Notes under the pieces: model-generated
What the model saw: only the letters and a program-made list of their open reading frames with translations
The model's database searches: none
Told to the model about the DNA's origin: nothing
Program-made: the position numbers and the translations under genes
Shown here: piece after piece, positions 49,625 to 60,145 of the stretch
How the letters are laid out: each line of letters starts with the position of its first letter
How positions within the stretch are numbered: position 1 is the stretch's first letter
NCBI GenBank assembly: GCA_963756485.1
Contig: CAVWNL010000011.1
Span: 26,999-90,998 of the forward strand
Direction of reading: 5' to 3'
Length of the DNA: 64,000 bases
DNA from: an uncultured Acidobacteriaceae bacterium
GTDB lineage: Bacteria; Acidobacteriota; Terriglobia; Terriglobales; Acidobacteriaceae

Positions 49625-50383
49625 GTGCGGGACTGCGCGCTTAGCGGACCACTGTATCATCAGGACAACACATTGGCGGGAATTCTGTTCATCATCTCGG
49701 CACCTTCGGGCTCTGGCAAATCCACTCTGGTGAACCGCCTGCGTGCGCGGGTGACCGGTCTCGAATTCTCTGTCTCCTACACCACGCGCGCTCCGCGTCC
49801 CTCGGAACAGCAGGATCGCGAATATCACTACATTTCGCGGGCCGAGTTTCGCGACATGGTGGACCGCGGCGAGTTTTTAGAGTGGGCTGAGGTCTTTGGC
49901 AACTATTACGGCACCCCCTGCAGCTCGCTCACCGATGCCCTGGCGGCCGGCAAGGACCTGCTGCTGGACATCGACGTCCAGGGAGCAGCCCAGGTGCGTG
50001 AAAAAATGCCGGATGCGGTGAGCATTTTCTTGCTGGCGCCGGACCCGGACATCCTGGCCCAGCGCTTGCGCGAACGCAGCCGCAAGGAAGGCAGCCTGCT
50101 GGAGGAGGAAATCTCCAGGAGGTTGGCTAAAGCCAGAAGTGAGATCGAGAATTACAGTCAGTATCGCTACATTCTGGTTAACGATATTCTTGACGACGCG
50201 GTAGAAGCATTGACCGCCATAGTGATCACGGAAAGGGCCCCGCGCCTCGGAGCGCCACCAGACCCTGAGACTGCCCGCATGATGCAGCTCGCCGACAAAT
50301 GCCGCCAGACGAACGCTACGGATCGTGTCTATAAGGTGCTTTCCTTGTTCGGTCTGCGCGACATGCACGCCACCCGCGCCTGA
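49625..50383 (+). CDS. gmk: Guanylate kinase
   Basis: ..ILFIISAPSGSGKSTLVNRL..SVSYTTRAPRPSEQQDREYHYISRAEFRDMVDRGEFLEWAEVFGNYYGT... The start codon is uncertain. Confidence 0.9.
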   Translation: MRDCALSGPLYHQDNTLAGILFIISAPSGSGKSTLVNRLRARVTGLEFSVSYTTRAPRPSEQQDREYHYISRAEFRDMVDRGEFLEWAEVFGNYYGTPCSSLTDALAAGKDLLLDIDVQGAAQVREKMPDAVSIFLLAPDPDILAQRLRERSRKEGSLLEEEISRRLAKARSEIENYSQYRYILVNDILDDAVEALTAIVITERAPRLGAPPDPETARMMQLADKCRQTNATDRVYKVLSLFGLRDMHATRA

Positions 50384-50411
50384 AAGTCCGGCGACAAATT
50401 TAGGAGGCAAT

Positions 50412-50648
50412 ATGACGCCAGAACATGGACTTGACAGCAATTTTCGCTACGTGGTCATGGCCGCTCGTCGCGCCCGGCAACTCCAGAACGGTTCCCAGCC
50501 GTTGATTGATTCCCGCTCCACCAAGGCATGCCGCGTCGCCCAGGAAGAGATCGCCGCAGGCAAGGTCAAGGCGGCCACGCAGCCCCGGGTGGAGATCGTG
50601 GATGAGGAACTTCTGGACCCGGATCCGGAGCAAGACAGAGACTCATAA
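50412..50648 (+). CDS. rpoZ: DNA-directed RNA polymerase subunit omega
   Basis: AGGAGG RBS, ATG 50412. The product reads ..NFRYVVMAARRARQLQNG... Its position between gmk and coaBC is as in many bacteria. Confidence 0.8.
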   Translation: MTPEHGLDSNFRYVVMAARRARQLQNGSQPLIDSRSTKACRVAQEEIAAGKVKAATQPRVEIVDEELLDPDPEQDRDS

Positions 50649-50666
50649 CAACGTACAATCATTGCC

Positions 50667-51917
50667 ATGAAGGTTACGGTCGGTGTCTCCGGAGGCATAG
50701 CTGCGTATAAGGCCGCGGAGGTAGTGCGCGCCTTACAACGCCAGGCTCTCGATGTACACGTGGTGATGACGGAAGCGGCCCAGAAGTTCATCACTCCGCT
50801 GACCTTCGCCTCACTCACCGGCCATAAAGTGATCACCGGATTGTGGCCTTCGTCTCCGGGAGAGGGCGATCTCGAATCATCGATTGAACATATTGGGGAA
50901 GCGCAGACTACCGATGCCCTGGTAGTGGCGCCGGCCACCGCGAACATCCTGGCAAAATTTGCTCATGGCCTGGCCGACGATTTCCTGACCACCTTGTTTT
51001 TGGCGACGCGTGCGCCGGTGATTGTGGCTCCGGCCATGAACGTCAATATGTGGGAACATCCGGCCACCCAGGCCAACCTCGAGACTCTGCAGGGCCGCGG
51101 GGTAAGGATTGTGCCTCCAGACAAGGGTCCGCTGGCTTGCGGCATGGTCGGCAACGGCCGGCTGGCTGAGCCGGAGGTGATCGTGGAAGCAGTGCTGGCC
51201 CAACTCCATGGCCGCAACGATCTGGCCGGGGAGACGATTCTGGTCACCGCCGCGGGAACACGGGAAGCCATCGATCCGGTTCGTTTTCTGGGCAATCGAT
51301 CCAGCGGGAAGATGGGCTATGCCGTAGCCGAGGAGGCGCAGCGCCGCGGTGCGCGGGTGGTGTTGGTGAGCGGCCCCTCGGCGCTCAAGCCGCCTGCCAA
51401 CTGCGAGCTGGTCTCTGTGGTTAGCGCCGAAGATATGCGGCGCGCCGTTCTCAGCCGCCTCGATCAGGTCACGATTGTGATCAAGGCCGCCGCGGTCGCG
51501 GATTATCGCCCGCGGAAACTGGCGGAACAGAAGATGAAACGGAGCGGACCGATTACCCTGGAGTTTGAGCCGACGGAAGACATTCTGCGCGAAGTGGTGA
51601 TGTCGAAACGTCCGGGGACCCTGGTGATTGGCTTTGCCGCGGAGACCGAAAACCTCATCGAGCACGGTAGGGATAAGCTCCTGCGTAAGGGGGCCGATGC
51701 GATTGTGTTGAACGACGTGTCCCGTCCGGGAATTGGGTTTGATTCCGATCGCAACGCCGCTACCTTTCTCACTCCCAAAACCGCGATTGAATTGCCGGAG
51801 ATGACCAAGCACGAGTTGGCCGGTCGCATCCTGGACGAAGTGATTGCCTTGAGGCGCCCACCATCCGTGGTTGCCGAGACTGGCCTGGTCTCCAGCAATT
51901 CGAAGCTAAAGGACTAG
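50667..51917 (+). CDS. coaBC: Bifunctional phosphopantothenoylcysteine decarboxylase / phosphopantothenate-cysteine ligase
   Basis: ..VGVSGGIAAYKAAEVVRAL..VVMTEAAQKFITPLTF..APATANILAKFAHGLADD..PAMN..MW..; CoaB part ..ITAAGTREAIDPVRFLGNRSSGKMG..AAAVADY... Confidence 0.95.
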   Translation: MKVTVGVSGGIAAYKAAEVVRALQRQALDVHVVMTEAAQKFITPLTFASLTGHKVITGLWPSSPGEGDLESSIEHIGEAQTTDALVVAPATANILAKFAHGLADDFLTTLFLATRAPVIVAPAMNVNMWEHPATQANLETLQGRGVRIVPPDKGPLACGMVGNGRLAEPEVIVEAVLAQLHGRNDLAGETILVTAAGTREAIDPVRFLGNRSSGKMGYAVAEEAQRRGARVVLVSGPSALKPPANCELVSVVSAEDMRRAVLSRLDQVTIVIKAAAVADYRPRKLAEQKMKRSGPITLEFEPTEDILREVVMSKRPGTLVIGFAAETENLIEHGRDKLLRKGADAIVLNDVSRPGIGFDSDRNAATFLTPKTAIELPEMTKHELAGRILDEVIALRRPPSVVAETGLVSSNSKLKD

Positions 51918-51923
51918 CCGTAA

Positions 51924-52293
51924 CATATCCACGAAGCATCGTAGAACTGCAGATCCCTCGGCTTCGGGATGACAAATAGGAAAGGGCAGCGGTTCAATAA
52001 AAATGTCTGCCGGACCGATGCGTTGCGGCGGGTCTGGTGAAAAACGTTTCGGTCCAGCAACGAGTCTTTATTTAACCGCTGCCTTTCCTTTTTGCCATCC
52101 CGAGCGACTGTCTGAATTGTCAGGTGGTCAGCGGTTGATGCGGAGTGCAATTGTTGAGGCAACAGAAGTTCCGCTCCCTTTGACACAGGTCCTATCCTCC
52201 AGCAACCGCCTTTTCCCTACAACTACCCTCTCCTATTTGTCATCCCGAGCGAAGCCGAGGGATCTGCAGTTCTACGGATGTTCCGTGGATATG
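51924..52293. repeat. Inverted pair of roughly 68-nt repeat copies flanking a 230-nt spacer that holds a third partial copy
   Basis: The reverse complement of 51924-51992 matches 52226-52293 (..cctatttgtcatcccga(gcga)agccgagggatctgcagttctacg..gtggatatg), apart from a 4-nt indel and a few mismatches. The partial copy is at 52076-52110. Confidence 0.8.
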
Positions 52294-52381
52294 TTTTTGA
52301 TCTAACCCTTAGCTTCGCGTAGTGTTTGCCCCTGCGATCCACTCCTTCCCCATGTAAGCTATAGGAAATCCGGTTCAGCAA

Positions 52382-53140
52382 ATGTCGTTCGATCCCCAGT
52401 TGCAACAAGCCATCGCCGCCCACATGCAGTACCTGCGCGATCTCGGCATCTACGACTTCTATCGCCGCGACATAGACATCCTGATTGAGCCCATCCCTGA
52501 GGAGCCCGTCATTCCCCCACGTCAACCCGTTTCTCCGCAGCCGCCCATCGGATCATTTGTGGCTCCACCCAGCCGCGTAGAAGCGTTGCGCGCGATTCAA
52601 TTCGAAATCGGCGACTGCACGCGGTGCGCGCTTAGCGCCGGCCGCAACAAGATCGTGTTTGGCGACGGCGACCCCAACGCGCGTCTCATGTTCGTAGGCG
52701 AAGGGCCAGGAGCCGACGAGGACGCGCAGGGTTTACCCTTTGTCGGCCGCGCCGGCCAACTGCTTAACAATATGATCGTTGCCACGGGACTGAAACGTGA
52801 GCAGGTCTACATCGCGAACATCGTAAAATGCCGCCCCCCTCAGAACAGAGTGCCGGAGCCAGAGGAAGCCAACACCTGTTCGCCGTTTCTCTTCCAACAG
52901 ATTGACGTGGTGCGGCCGGAAGTCATCGTGGCCCTGGGTTCTACCGCTGCGACCTACCTGCTGGGTGCGAAGTCATCGCTCAGCGGCCTGCGCGGGCGCG
53001 TGCACAAGTGCCGCGACACCAAGCTCATCGTCACCTATCACCCCGCTTACCTCCTGCGGGATCCTCGCCAGAAAAAAGAAGCATGGCAAGATCTGAAACT
53101 TGCCATGGCCGAGTTGGGATTGACCGTTCCCTCCCGCTGA
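52382..53140 (+). CDS. Uracil-DNA glycosylase, family 4
   Basis: ..GDCTRCALSAGRNKIVFGDGDPNARLMFVGEGPGADEDAQGLPFVGRAGQLLNNMI..YIANIVKCRPP.NR.P..HPAYLLR... Confidence 0.85.
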   Translation: MSFDPQLQQAIAAHMQYLRDLGIYDFYRRDIDILIEPIPEEPVIPPRQPVSPQPPIGSFVAPPSRVEALRAIQFEIGDCTRCALSAGRNKIVFGDGDPNARLMFVGEGPGADEDAQGLPFVGRAGQLLNNMIVATGLKREQVYIANIVKCRPPQNRVPEPEEANTCSPFLFQQIDVVRPEVIVALGSTAATYLLGAKSSLSGLRGRVHKCRDTKLIVTYHPAYLLRDPRQKKEAWQDLKLAMAELGLTVPSR

Positions 53141-55608
53141 TGGCGATTTTTTGTGATGTCGTTTTACCGGTACCGCTCGATCGGGCCTTCACCTACAAGA
53201 CCAAGGACGAGAACGGCCCACCCGTCGGCGGCCGCGTAGTCGTACCCTTCCGCAATGAGAAGCTGATTGGCGTCGTGACCCGTTTGCACGATGAAGCGCC
53301 ACCGGTGGAAGCGCGGCCCATCGAAGCCGTGCTCGATCAGGAACCCATTCTCAGTGCCCACCTGATGGAGTTGGCCGCCTGGATTGCGCAATACTACCTG
53401 GTCCCACTGGGCGAAGTGCTGCGCAGCATGCTCCCCTTGATGGCGGAAGTGCGCCGCTCGACCAGCTATCGCATCAGCGAGACCGGCTTGACCATCCTGG
53501 TCGACGGAGCGGAGCAGGGTTCCTCGCGACGCTCGCGCCGCAGCGCGGATGAGCAGGATATCGAGTACACCGTGCTGAACTATCTTTCTGACGGACAGCC
53601 GGCAAAGAGCGGGACGTTGCGTCATGCCACGGGCGCCACAGCCGAGCTATTAACCAACATGCTGCGCAAGAAATGGATACTGCGCGAAACCGAAGCTGCG
53701 CCTCGCGATGCCCGCCGCATGGATCGCTACGCAGTGCTGGTGGCCGATGTGCGGCCGCCAAAATTGAATGACAATCAGCTGGCGATTCTTGCCGAACTCG
53801 CGGGCGCGGGCGGCTCCCTGCCAGTTCCTGTCTTGCGCAGGCTGGATCTTCCCGCAACCACTTTGCAAACCCTGGTGAAACGGGGACTGGTCACGATCGA
53901 AGAACGGCCTGCGGCCTTTCATCTTTCCGGGGCTGCGAGACCGGCGTCCCAGCATGTTCTCAACCAGGCCCAACAGGCTGCCTTGGCGCATATCGAGACC
54001 ACGCTCGACGGAGAAGGCTTCGGGGCTTGCCTGTTGTATGGTGTGACCGGTTCGGGGAAGACGGCGGTGTATCTCGCCGCCATGGAACATGCGCGCCGCG
54101 CCGGCCGATCGGCCATTCTACTGGTCCCCGAGATCGGCCTCACGCCCGCCATGGCGGCGCAGCTTCATTCCGCGTTTGGCGGCAGCGTCGCTCTCCTGCA
54201 CTCCGCGCTCACGCCTGATGAGCGAGCCGAGCAGTGGCATCGCATCCGTCGTGGCGAAGCGCGGATCGTGGTGGGCACCCGGTCCGCCATCTTTGCCCCG
54301 GCGATGAACCTGGGTCTCATCATCGTCGACGAAGAGCACGACTCCTCTTACAAGCAGGAAGAGATTCCGCGCTACCACGCCCGCGATGTCGCGGTGATGC
54401 GAGCCAAGATCAGCAACGCTACGGTCGTTCTCGGCTCAGCGACCCCGTCGCTCGAGTCCTGGCGTAACGCGGAGACCGGCAAATATTCCTTGATCGAGAT
54501 GAAGGACCGGGTCAATCAGCGCCCGCTTCCCTTGGTCGACCTGGTGGACATGCGCCTCGAGTTCCAGGAGACGGGCAAGGAGAGCATCTTTTCTCGCGTG
54601 CTGCTGGAGCGGGCAAAAGCCGCCATCGATCGCGGTGAGCAAGCCATTATCCTGCTCAACCGCCGCGGCTATTCCTTTGCGGTACTATGCCGCGCCTGCG
54701 GCGAAAAACTGCAATGCGAGAATTGCGCCATCGCTCTGACCCACCACAAACCCATCATTCCGGGAGAGACCATCGCGAATCCAGCGGGCCAGCGGCTCAA
54801 GTGCCACTATTGCGGATACGTGAAAACCGTGCCGAAACACTGCCCTAAATGCGAGAGCGAACACTTGTTCTTCCTGGGGGCCGGTTCCCAGCAAGGCGAA
54901 GAGCGTCTGCAGGAGTTGTTTCCCCATGCGCGCATCGGTCGCATGGACCGCGACACCATCCGCAACCGGTTCGATATGGAGCACCTGCTGACGCGGCTGC
55001 ACAGCGGGCAGATTAACCTGCTGGTGGGCACCCAGATGATTGCCAAGGGCCACGATATCCACGGCGTTACCTTCGTCGGGGTGGTGGGTGCGGACCATGC
55101 ACTCGGCCTGCCGGATTTCCGCGCCGCCGAACGCGTTTTCCAGTTGCTCACCCAGGTTTCCGGCCGCGCCGGACGAGGGGACTTGCCCGGCAACGTTCTC
55201 GTACAAAGCTATTACCCGGAACACTACGCGATCCAGTGCGCGGCGGCGCATGATTTTAGAGCCTTCGTGAAGAAGGAGATGCAATACCGCAAATGGATGC
55301 ACTACCCGCCGCACGCAACCTTGGCCAACATCATCATCCAGAGCCAGCGGCTGGAGGAGGCCGCCGGTTGGGCCGCCAGCCTGGGCAAGTCCTTCGCCGC
55401 CATGCATCTCGATCATGTGCGCGTCCTGGGCCCCGCGAGCGCGCCCATCGTGCGCATCAAGCGTATTTATCGCTTTCATCTTTTGCTGAAGTCCGAGAAG
55501 CGGCAAGCCCTGGCGCGGACGTTGCGCGCCGGCCTGGCGCAGGCCGAGGCGCTGGGCATTCCGCGGCGGAATTTAATCGTCGACGTCGACGCCGTGAACC
55601 TTATGTAA
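53140..55608 (+). CDS. priA: Primosomal protein N' (replication restart helicase PriA)
   Basis: The ATG overlaps the udg stop (TGATG). MAIFCDVVLPVPLDRAFTYK..; Walker A GVTGSGKTAVY; DEEHD; zinc-binding Cys cluster C..C..C..C...C..C..C..C; ..GTQMIAKGHD... Confidence 0.9.
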   Translation: MAIFCDVVLPVPLDRAFTYKTKDENGPPVGGRVVVPFRNEKLIGVVTRLHDEAPPVEARPIEAVLDQEPILSAHLMELAAWIAQYYLVPLGEVLRSMLPLMAEVRRSTSYRISETGLTILVDGAEQGSSRRSRRSADEQDIEYTVLNYLSDGQPAKSGTLRHATGATAELLTNMLRKKWILRETEAAPRDARRMDRYAVLVADVRPPKLNDNQLAILAELAGAGGSLPVPVLRRLDLPATTLQTLVKRGLVTIEERPAAFHLSGAARPASQHVLNQAQQAALAHIETTLDGEGFGACLLYGVTGSGKTAVYLAAMEHARRAGRSAILLVPEIGLTPAMAAQLHSAFGGSVALLHSALTPDERAEQWHRIRRGEARIVVGTRSAIFAPAMNLGLIIVDEEHDSSYKQEEIPRYHARDVAVMRAKISNATVVLGSATPSLESWRNAETGKYSLIEMKDRVNQRPLPLVDLVDMRLEFQETGKESIFSRVLLERAKAAIDRGEQAIILLNRRGYSFAVLCRACGEKLQCENCAIALTHHKPIIPGETIANPAGQRLKCHYCGYVKTVPKHCPKCESEHLFFLGAGSQQGEERLQELFPHARIGRMDRDTIRNRFDMEHLLTRLHSGQINLLVGTQMIAKGHDIHGVTFVGVVGADHALGLPDFRAAERVFQLLTQVSGRAGRGDLPGNVLVQSYYPEHYAIQCAAAHDFRAFVKKEMQYRKWMHYPPHATLANIIIQSQRLEEAAGWAASLGKSFAAMHLDHVRVLGPASAPIVRIKRIYRFHLLLKSEKRQALARTLRAGLAQAEALGIPRRNLIVDVDAVNLM

Positions 55609-55619
55609 GCCGTACACGC

Positions 55620-56984
55620 TCAGGACTCATCCGAGCCGAGCTTTTCGTAGAGCAGTCTGCGATGGATTCCCAATCTGCGTGCCGCTTCCGCTTTGTTGCC
55701 ATTGGCGGCTTCCAGAGCGCGGTCGATCAACAGCCGTTCCCACGCCTGAACAGAATCACGGAACGGTAGATCCAGAAGCTTTTCGAATTCGCTCGTCCTC
55801 GACACAGACCCAGTAGTGTCTTCGGTCGTGACCAGATCGGGAGTAATCACCCGGCCACCGCCTTGCAGCACAGCCCGCTCGACGATGTGCTCCAGTTCGC
55901 GAACATTTCCGGGAAAGGTGTATCGCTGCAGCTTAAGGAGTGCCTCCTCGGTGAAGCCGGTCACCCGGAATCCGTGCTTCAGGCTGTAGTGCTGCAGAAA
56001 ATGCTCTGCGAGGAGAACGATGTCAGGCCGGCGATCGCGCAGGGAGGGAAGAGCAATGGGTACGACGTTCAGGCGAAAGTAGAGGTCCTGTCTGAATCGC
56101 CCCGCAGCAACCTCCTCTTCGAGACTTCGATTGGTCGCCGCGACCACTCGGAAGTCCGCGGTGACCGGCTGCCTCCCTCCGATACGTTCGAAGGTGTGTT
56201 CCTGAAGCACGCGGAGCAGCTTGGGCTGAGACGCCAGTGGTAATTCGCCTATCTCGTCAAGAAAGACGGTGCCGCCTTGTGCGCTTTCGAATTTTCCCGG
56301 CTTGCGATGGAGCGCGCCGGTGAACGCACCTTTCTCGTAGCCGAAGAGTTCAGACTCGATGAGATTTTCTGGCAGCGCAGCGCAATTCACCACCGCGAAG
56401 GGAAAGCCCCGGCGCGCGCTGTGCTCGTGAATCGCCTTGGCGACCAATTCTTTTCCTGTGCCGGATTCACCCGTGATCAGCACCGTCGAGTCGGTTTGTG
56501 CGACCCGCCCAATGGCTTTGAATACTTCCAGCATGGGCGCGGAGAAACCTACAATCTCGCCGCTTGGTCTGTCGGTATCCGCTATCTTGCTTCTGAGCTG
56601 GGCGACTTCCTTCTGCAGCGCTGTGTGCTCGAGCGCGCGCCGTATAGTGACCAGAACGTCGTCGAGGTCGAATGGCTTGGTGACGAAATCGTAGGCGCCG
56701 AATTGAATTGCTTCGATGGCGTTGTTGCTTGTGCCATGGGCCGTCATCACCAGAACGGGTAGGTCAACCAGACGGCCATCTTCACTCAGCAGCTTCAAGA
56801 GTGCGCCGCCATCCATCTCTGGCATGCGCCAGTCGCAGAGCAAAAGATCGACTGCCTGCGACTGAATAATCGCGTAGGCCTCTTTGCCGTTGGCCGCGGT
56901 CATTACGTGGTAACCGGCTTCTTCGAGCGCCTCGGAAAGGCTCTCTCGTAAATTGCGCTCGTCATCAACGACCAGAAGAGTCAC
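55620..56984 (-). CDS. Sigma-54-dependent response regulator (NtrC/ZraR/AtoC type bEBP)
   Basis: GTG 56984 overlaps the kinase stop (GTGA). Receiver ..[28 protein letters not shown]..; AAA+ ..[28 protein letters not shown] (GAFTGA)..; Fis-type HTH ..[21 protein letters not shown]. The 118 codons upstream in the ORF overlap the kinase and are not real. Confidence 0.9.
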   Translation of the reverse strand: MTLLVVDDERNLRESLSEALEEAGYHVMTAANGKEAYAIIQSQAVDLLLCDWRMPEMDGGALLKLLSEDGRLVDLPVLVMTAHGTSNNAIEAIQFGAYDFVTKPFDLDDVLVTIRRALEHTALQKEVAQLRSKIADTDRPSGEIVGFSAPMLEVFKAIGRVAQTDSTVLITGESGTGKELVAKAIHEHSARRGFPFAVVNCAALPENLIESELFGYEKGAFTGALHRKPGKFESAQGGTVFLDEIGELPLASQPKLLRVLQEHTFERIGGRQPVTADFRVVAATNRSLEEEVAAGRFRQDLYFRLNVVPIALPSLRDRRPDIVLLAEHFLQHYSLKHGFRVTGFTEEALLKLQRYTFPGNVRELEHIVERAVLQGGGRVITPDLVTTEDTTGSVSRTSEFEKLLDLPFRDSVQAWERLLIDRALEAANGNKAEAARRLGIHRRLLYEKLGSDES

Positions 56985-58543
56985 TTGGTTTCTCCGCTGC
57001 CTGCGGGTTCCTCCAGGATTCGAGGCAAGATCACTTCGGCCAGCGTCCCTCCGCCGGGAACGGATGTCAATTCCAGACTGCCCCGGTGAGCGCGCACAAT
57101 CTCTTTGGCGATCGACAATCCAAGGCCTGTGCCCCGCGCCTTGGTGGTGAAGAACGGGTCGAAGATGTGTACTCCGGCATCCTTGGGAAGTCCGGCCCCG
57201 TTGTCCTGCACGCGGAGAGCAACCTGGTCGAGACTCGTCTCGGCCGAGAGGGCAATTCGCTTTGGCGCGAATTCCATTCCATCGAACGATTCCATCGCGT
57301 TGCGCACTAGATTCTCCAGTACCTGGTGGAGCTTCCACGGATCGCCACTCATCAAGCCAGGCGCTGATTCCTCATAAACGAGCGCTATCGACGACCGTTC
57401 CGCCTCTGGCTGCAGCGTGCCCAATAGGTCTCGGCACATCTGGCCCGGGTCGAACCGCTGCAGTTGAAGCCGGATCGGCTTCGCAAAGTACAACAGGCGA
57501 TCGAGTACGGAGCTGAGCCGGTCGATTTCTTCCAGGATGAGGTTTGCCGAGCGGGCAACCAGCTCCGTGTCCTTGCTGCGCAGCGACATCTGGGCGCGAA
57601 GGCGAATCGTCGCCAGGGGGTTGCGCAACTCGTGGGCAACCCCTGCTGCTACCTGCCCCAGAGATGCCAACCGTTCCTTATGATGCAGTTGCTCCACCAA
57701 TTGGCGTTCCTCTGCAATCTTCTGCTGAAGAGAGATGCCGAGCTTATCGATGCCGCGCAAAATGGTTTCCAATTCTGCCGCGCTGGCCTCCCCACGCCGC
57801 GGTTCGGAGAGACTCTGCTCCAGATCTTCGAGACGACGCTGAATCGTCGATACATCCGTCTGCACACTACGCGTAATCCAGAAGGCAATGCCGACACAGG
57901 CAGCGGCTGCGAGTGCGAGCGCACTTACGCTCAGCAATGCCCGCACATCGCGACCCGAGTTCGCGTCGTGCAAGCGATGCATCGCCCAGACACTGCCAAC
58001 TACCTTTCCGTCGTGCACCAGCGGCACAGCCTGAAATAGAACTACATCCTGCTGCCCACGAAACACGAAGGATGACGGCTTGCCCGTGGCTGCGGCTTGC
58101 CGCGCTACTGAGAGAATCGTAGGACGCTCACGGGGAGGAATGTCGCGTTTAGGACCGGGCCCTTCGCTGGTAGGGAAAGCGTATCCTTCCAGGCTATCCG
58201 TCGATGACAAATAGAAACCGCCTTCGATGCCTGGATCGCGGCGCAAGGCGTTGACGGTAAACGCACCGAGCCGTGCGTCCACATCCGGGCCCGGAGGAAG
58301 GGCGAGCACGGAAAGTTCGCTGTCAGGGTGAGAGCGAACCACGTTCATGAAGTCGTTGGCAAATGCGTTGACCACGGCCAGGAGGTTGTTCCCTGCGTCG
58401 GTAATCAAGGCAGATTGGGTTTGCCGCAGCAGGAGAAAGAAGCCCGTGAGTGCGGACACCAGCAAAACACAAACCAGCAGTGCCAGCAGTAAAATTCGGC
58501 TGCGCAGACTGCGTAGCACCCGAGTTCGAGTAGCCGGGTTCAT
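56981..58543 (-). CDS. Sensor histidine kinase with an approximately 190-aa periplasmic domain
   Basis: Two TM segments bracket a periplasmic region. H-box ..LGQVAAGVAHELRNPLATI..; HATPase ..NLVRNAMES..DNGAGLP..FDPFFTTKARGTGLGLSI... Confidence 0.85.
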   Translation of the reverse strand: MNPATRTRVLRSLRSRILLLALLVCVLLVSALTGFFLLLRQTQSALITDAGNNLLAVVNAFANDFMNVVRSHPDSELSVLALPPGPDVDARLGAFTVNALRRDPGIEGGFYLSSTDSLEGYAFPTSEGPGPKRDIPPRERPTILSVARQAAATGKPSSFVFRGQQDVVLFQAVPLVHDGKVVGSVWAMHRLHDANSGRDVRALLSVSALALAAAACVGIAFWITRSVQTDVSTIQRRLEDLEQSLSEPRRGEASAAELETILRGIDKLGISLQQKIAEERQLVEQLHHKERLASLGQVAAGVAHELRNPLATIRLRAQMSLRSKDTELVARSANLILEEIDRLSSVLDRLLYFAKPIRLQLQRFDPGQMCRDLLGTLQPEAERSSIALVYEESAPGLMSGDPWKLHQVLENLVRNAMESFDGMEFAPKRIALSAETSLDQVALRVQDNGAGLPKDAGVHIFDPFFTTKARGTGLGLSIAKEIVRAHRGSLELTSVPGGGTLAEVILPRILEEPAGSGETK

Positions 58544-59790
58544 GTGGTCCCCATTGTCTCGAATGTGGTGGATTGGGGATAGTCTTCAGCAGGGCGGGGG
58601 ACCAGCAATTGAAAAATTGTGGCGGCGAGCAGCGCCAGCAAAGCAAATGCGAAAAAGGTGACTCGGAAGCCAAGATGTTGAAGGATGACACCCGATAGCA
58701 CAGGACCGACAACTCCGCCAATTGCCTGGGCGGTGGCGAAGATGCCGAGCAGGCAATTGAATTGCCCCTTACCGCGCGTCAGATCAGCAGCAAAGACAAC
58801 GATCACAACGCCATAGATACCGGCGCCAATGCCATCCAGTGCCTGTAGAAAGACCACCATGTGTGGATTGTGAGCCAGAGTGTAGGACACAATACGCAGC
58901 GGCAGCGTCCAGAAGGCGATCGACATCACCGCCTTTGGTCCCCAGGAATCGCAGAATTTGCCACTGGCCCAGGCGATCGGAACCATCACCATCTGGGCGG
59001 AGAGAACGGTGAACGTCGTGAGGGCGCTCGACCCGCCAAGCTGCTTGATGTAGAGAGCGGTCACCGGCAGTATCGGTGCGTTGGCCAGGTGGAAAAGCGC
59101 GACCGCGGCCAGCAAAAAAATAACCGGCCGATCCCGCAGCAGGATGCTCCACTTTGATTGAGCCGGTCCTTCACCGTCTGCCGCAATGGTGCCATCCAGT
59201 TCCCGCGATCGTATCCAGTAAACCGAAAAGGCGCCCACCAGCGATGCAACCGCCACTGAGTAAAAAATCGAGGCGCTGCCAAAGGATCGGACAGCTACGA
59301 AAGCCAGCAATGCGGCCACGATGTTGCCGGCGTGGTTCCAGCCCTGGTTTTCTCCCAGGGTACGATTCAGGGCGCCGTAGCCGACGAGGGAAAGTGCGAG
59401 CGCGCCGAGTACGGGGATGAACAGGCTCTGCGCTACCCCGGAGAAGAACAATAAAGAGTCGACCCAGATGGCTGAGCGCGGGACGAAAGGAATGGCACCG
59501 AAGCAAACCCCAACAGCGATCGAAGCGACGAAGAAGAGCAAGCGGCGGTTCTGAACACGATCCACCAGAATTCCAGCCGGCGTTTGGAAGAGCAAGGTTC
59601 CAAGACCCAGGAGCGCTGTGGCTAGTCCGATCTGGTCGTATCGCCAATGCGCTTCCCGCAGGAAGGTATTCAGTACCGGCAGCACAACACCGACGGCTTC
59701 AGCTTGAAAGAAGTTCGCAGCGTTGAGTCCGAACCGGCTTTGCAGCGAGGGTGATTTGGAGGTCTTTTCCGCTGCGTTGGCCATAGTCAT
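58540..59790 (-). CDS. MFS transporter
   Basis: 12-TM pattern: ..LPVLNTFLREAHWRYDQIGLATALLGLGTLLFQTPAGILVDR... Its stop overlaps the kinase ATG (ATGA). ATG 59790 is preferred over the TTG at 59835. Confidence 0.8.
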   Translation of the reverse strand: MTMANAAEKTSKSPSLQSRFGLNAANFFQAEAVGVVLPVLNTFLREAHWRYDQIGLATALLGLGTLLFQTPAGILVDRVQNRRLLFFVASIAVGVCFGAIPFVPRSAIWVDSLLFFSGVAQSLFIPVLGALALSLVGYGALNRTLGENQGWNHAGNIVAALLAFVAVRSFGSASIFYSVAVASLVGAFSVYWIRSRELDGTIAADGEGPAQSKWSILLRDRPVIFLLAAVALFHLANAPILPVTALYIKQLGGSSALTTFTVLSAQMVMVPIAWASGKFCDSWGPKAVMSIAFWTLPLRIVSYTLAHNPHMVVFLQALDGIGAGIYGVVIVVFAADLTRGKGQFNCLLGIFATAQAIGGVVGPVLSGVILQHLGFRVTFFAFALLALLAATIFQLLVPRPAEDYPQSTTFETMGTT

Positions 59791-60145
59791 GCAATCCGTA
59801 ACAGCACGCAAAGCGCCAATCAACGGCGTGCTCAAGAAGCTTGAGACAAAAGTCTTTCGGGAGAGAAATCACAGAGCTTGTGCCCTATTCAATATTGAAG
59901 GGTGAGACCTGGGGCACCCTCAAACCAATTCTCACTGGAAACACCCACCCTCCTTTGTGTCATTGGGGGCGTACCCGGATTGCCTGCTTCACAGGCCTTA
60001 CCAGCAGCCGACAAGATGCCATTGACCGATCCCATTACGAATAGCGTTCGCTTTTCGCTCATACCGTGAGCGCAGAGCGTACACATCGGACCGGACGAGA
60101 GAGCAGGAACCGAATAGTTTGAATGGTTTGCCGGTCTCTCACATT

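Noticed and set aside
23508-52293. The repeats as a possible CRISPR array
   Set aside because: The units are palindromic, occur singly or in inverted pairs at scattered intergenic sites, and lack regular repeat-spacer periodicity. No cas genes are present in the window.
56985-57338. Upstream extension of the response-regulator ORF (572 aa)
   Set aside because: The extension overlaps the histidine kinase C-terminus out of frame. The receiver domain begins right at GTG 56984, which overlaps the kinase stop.
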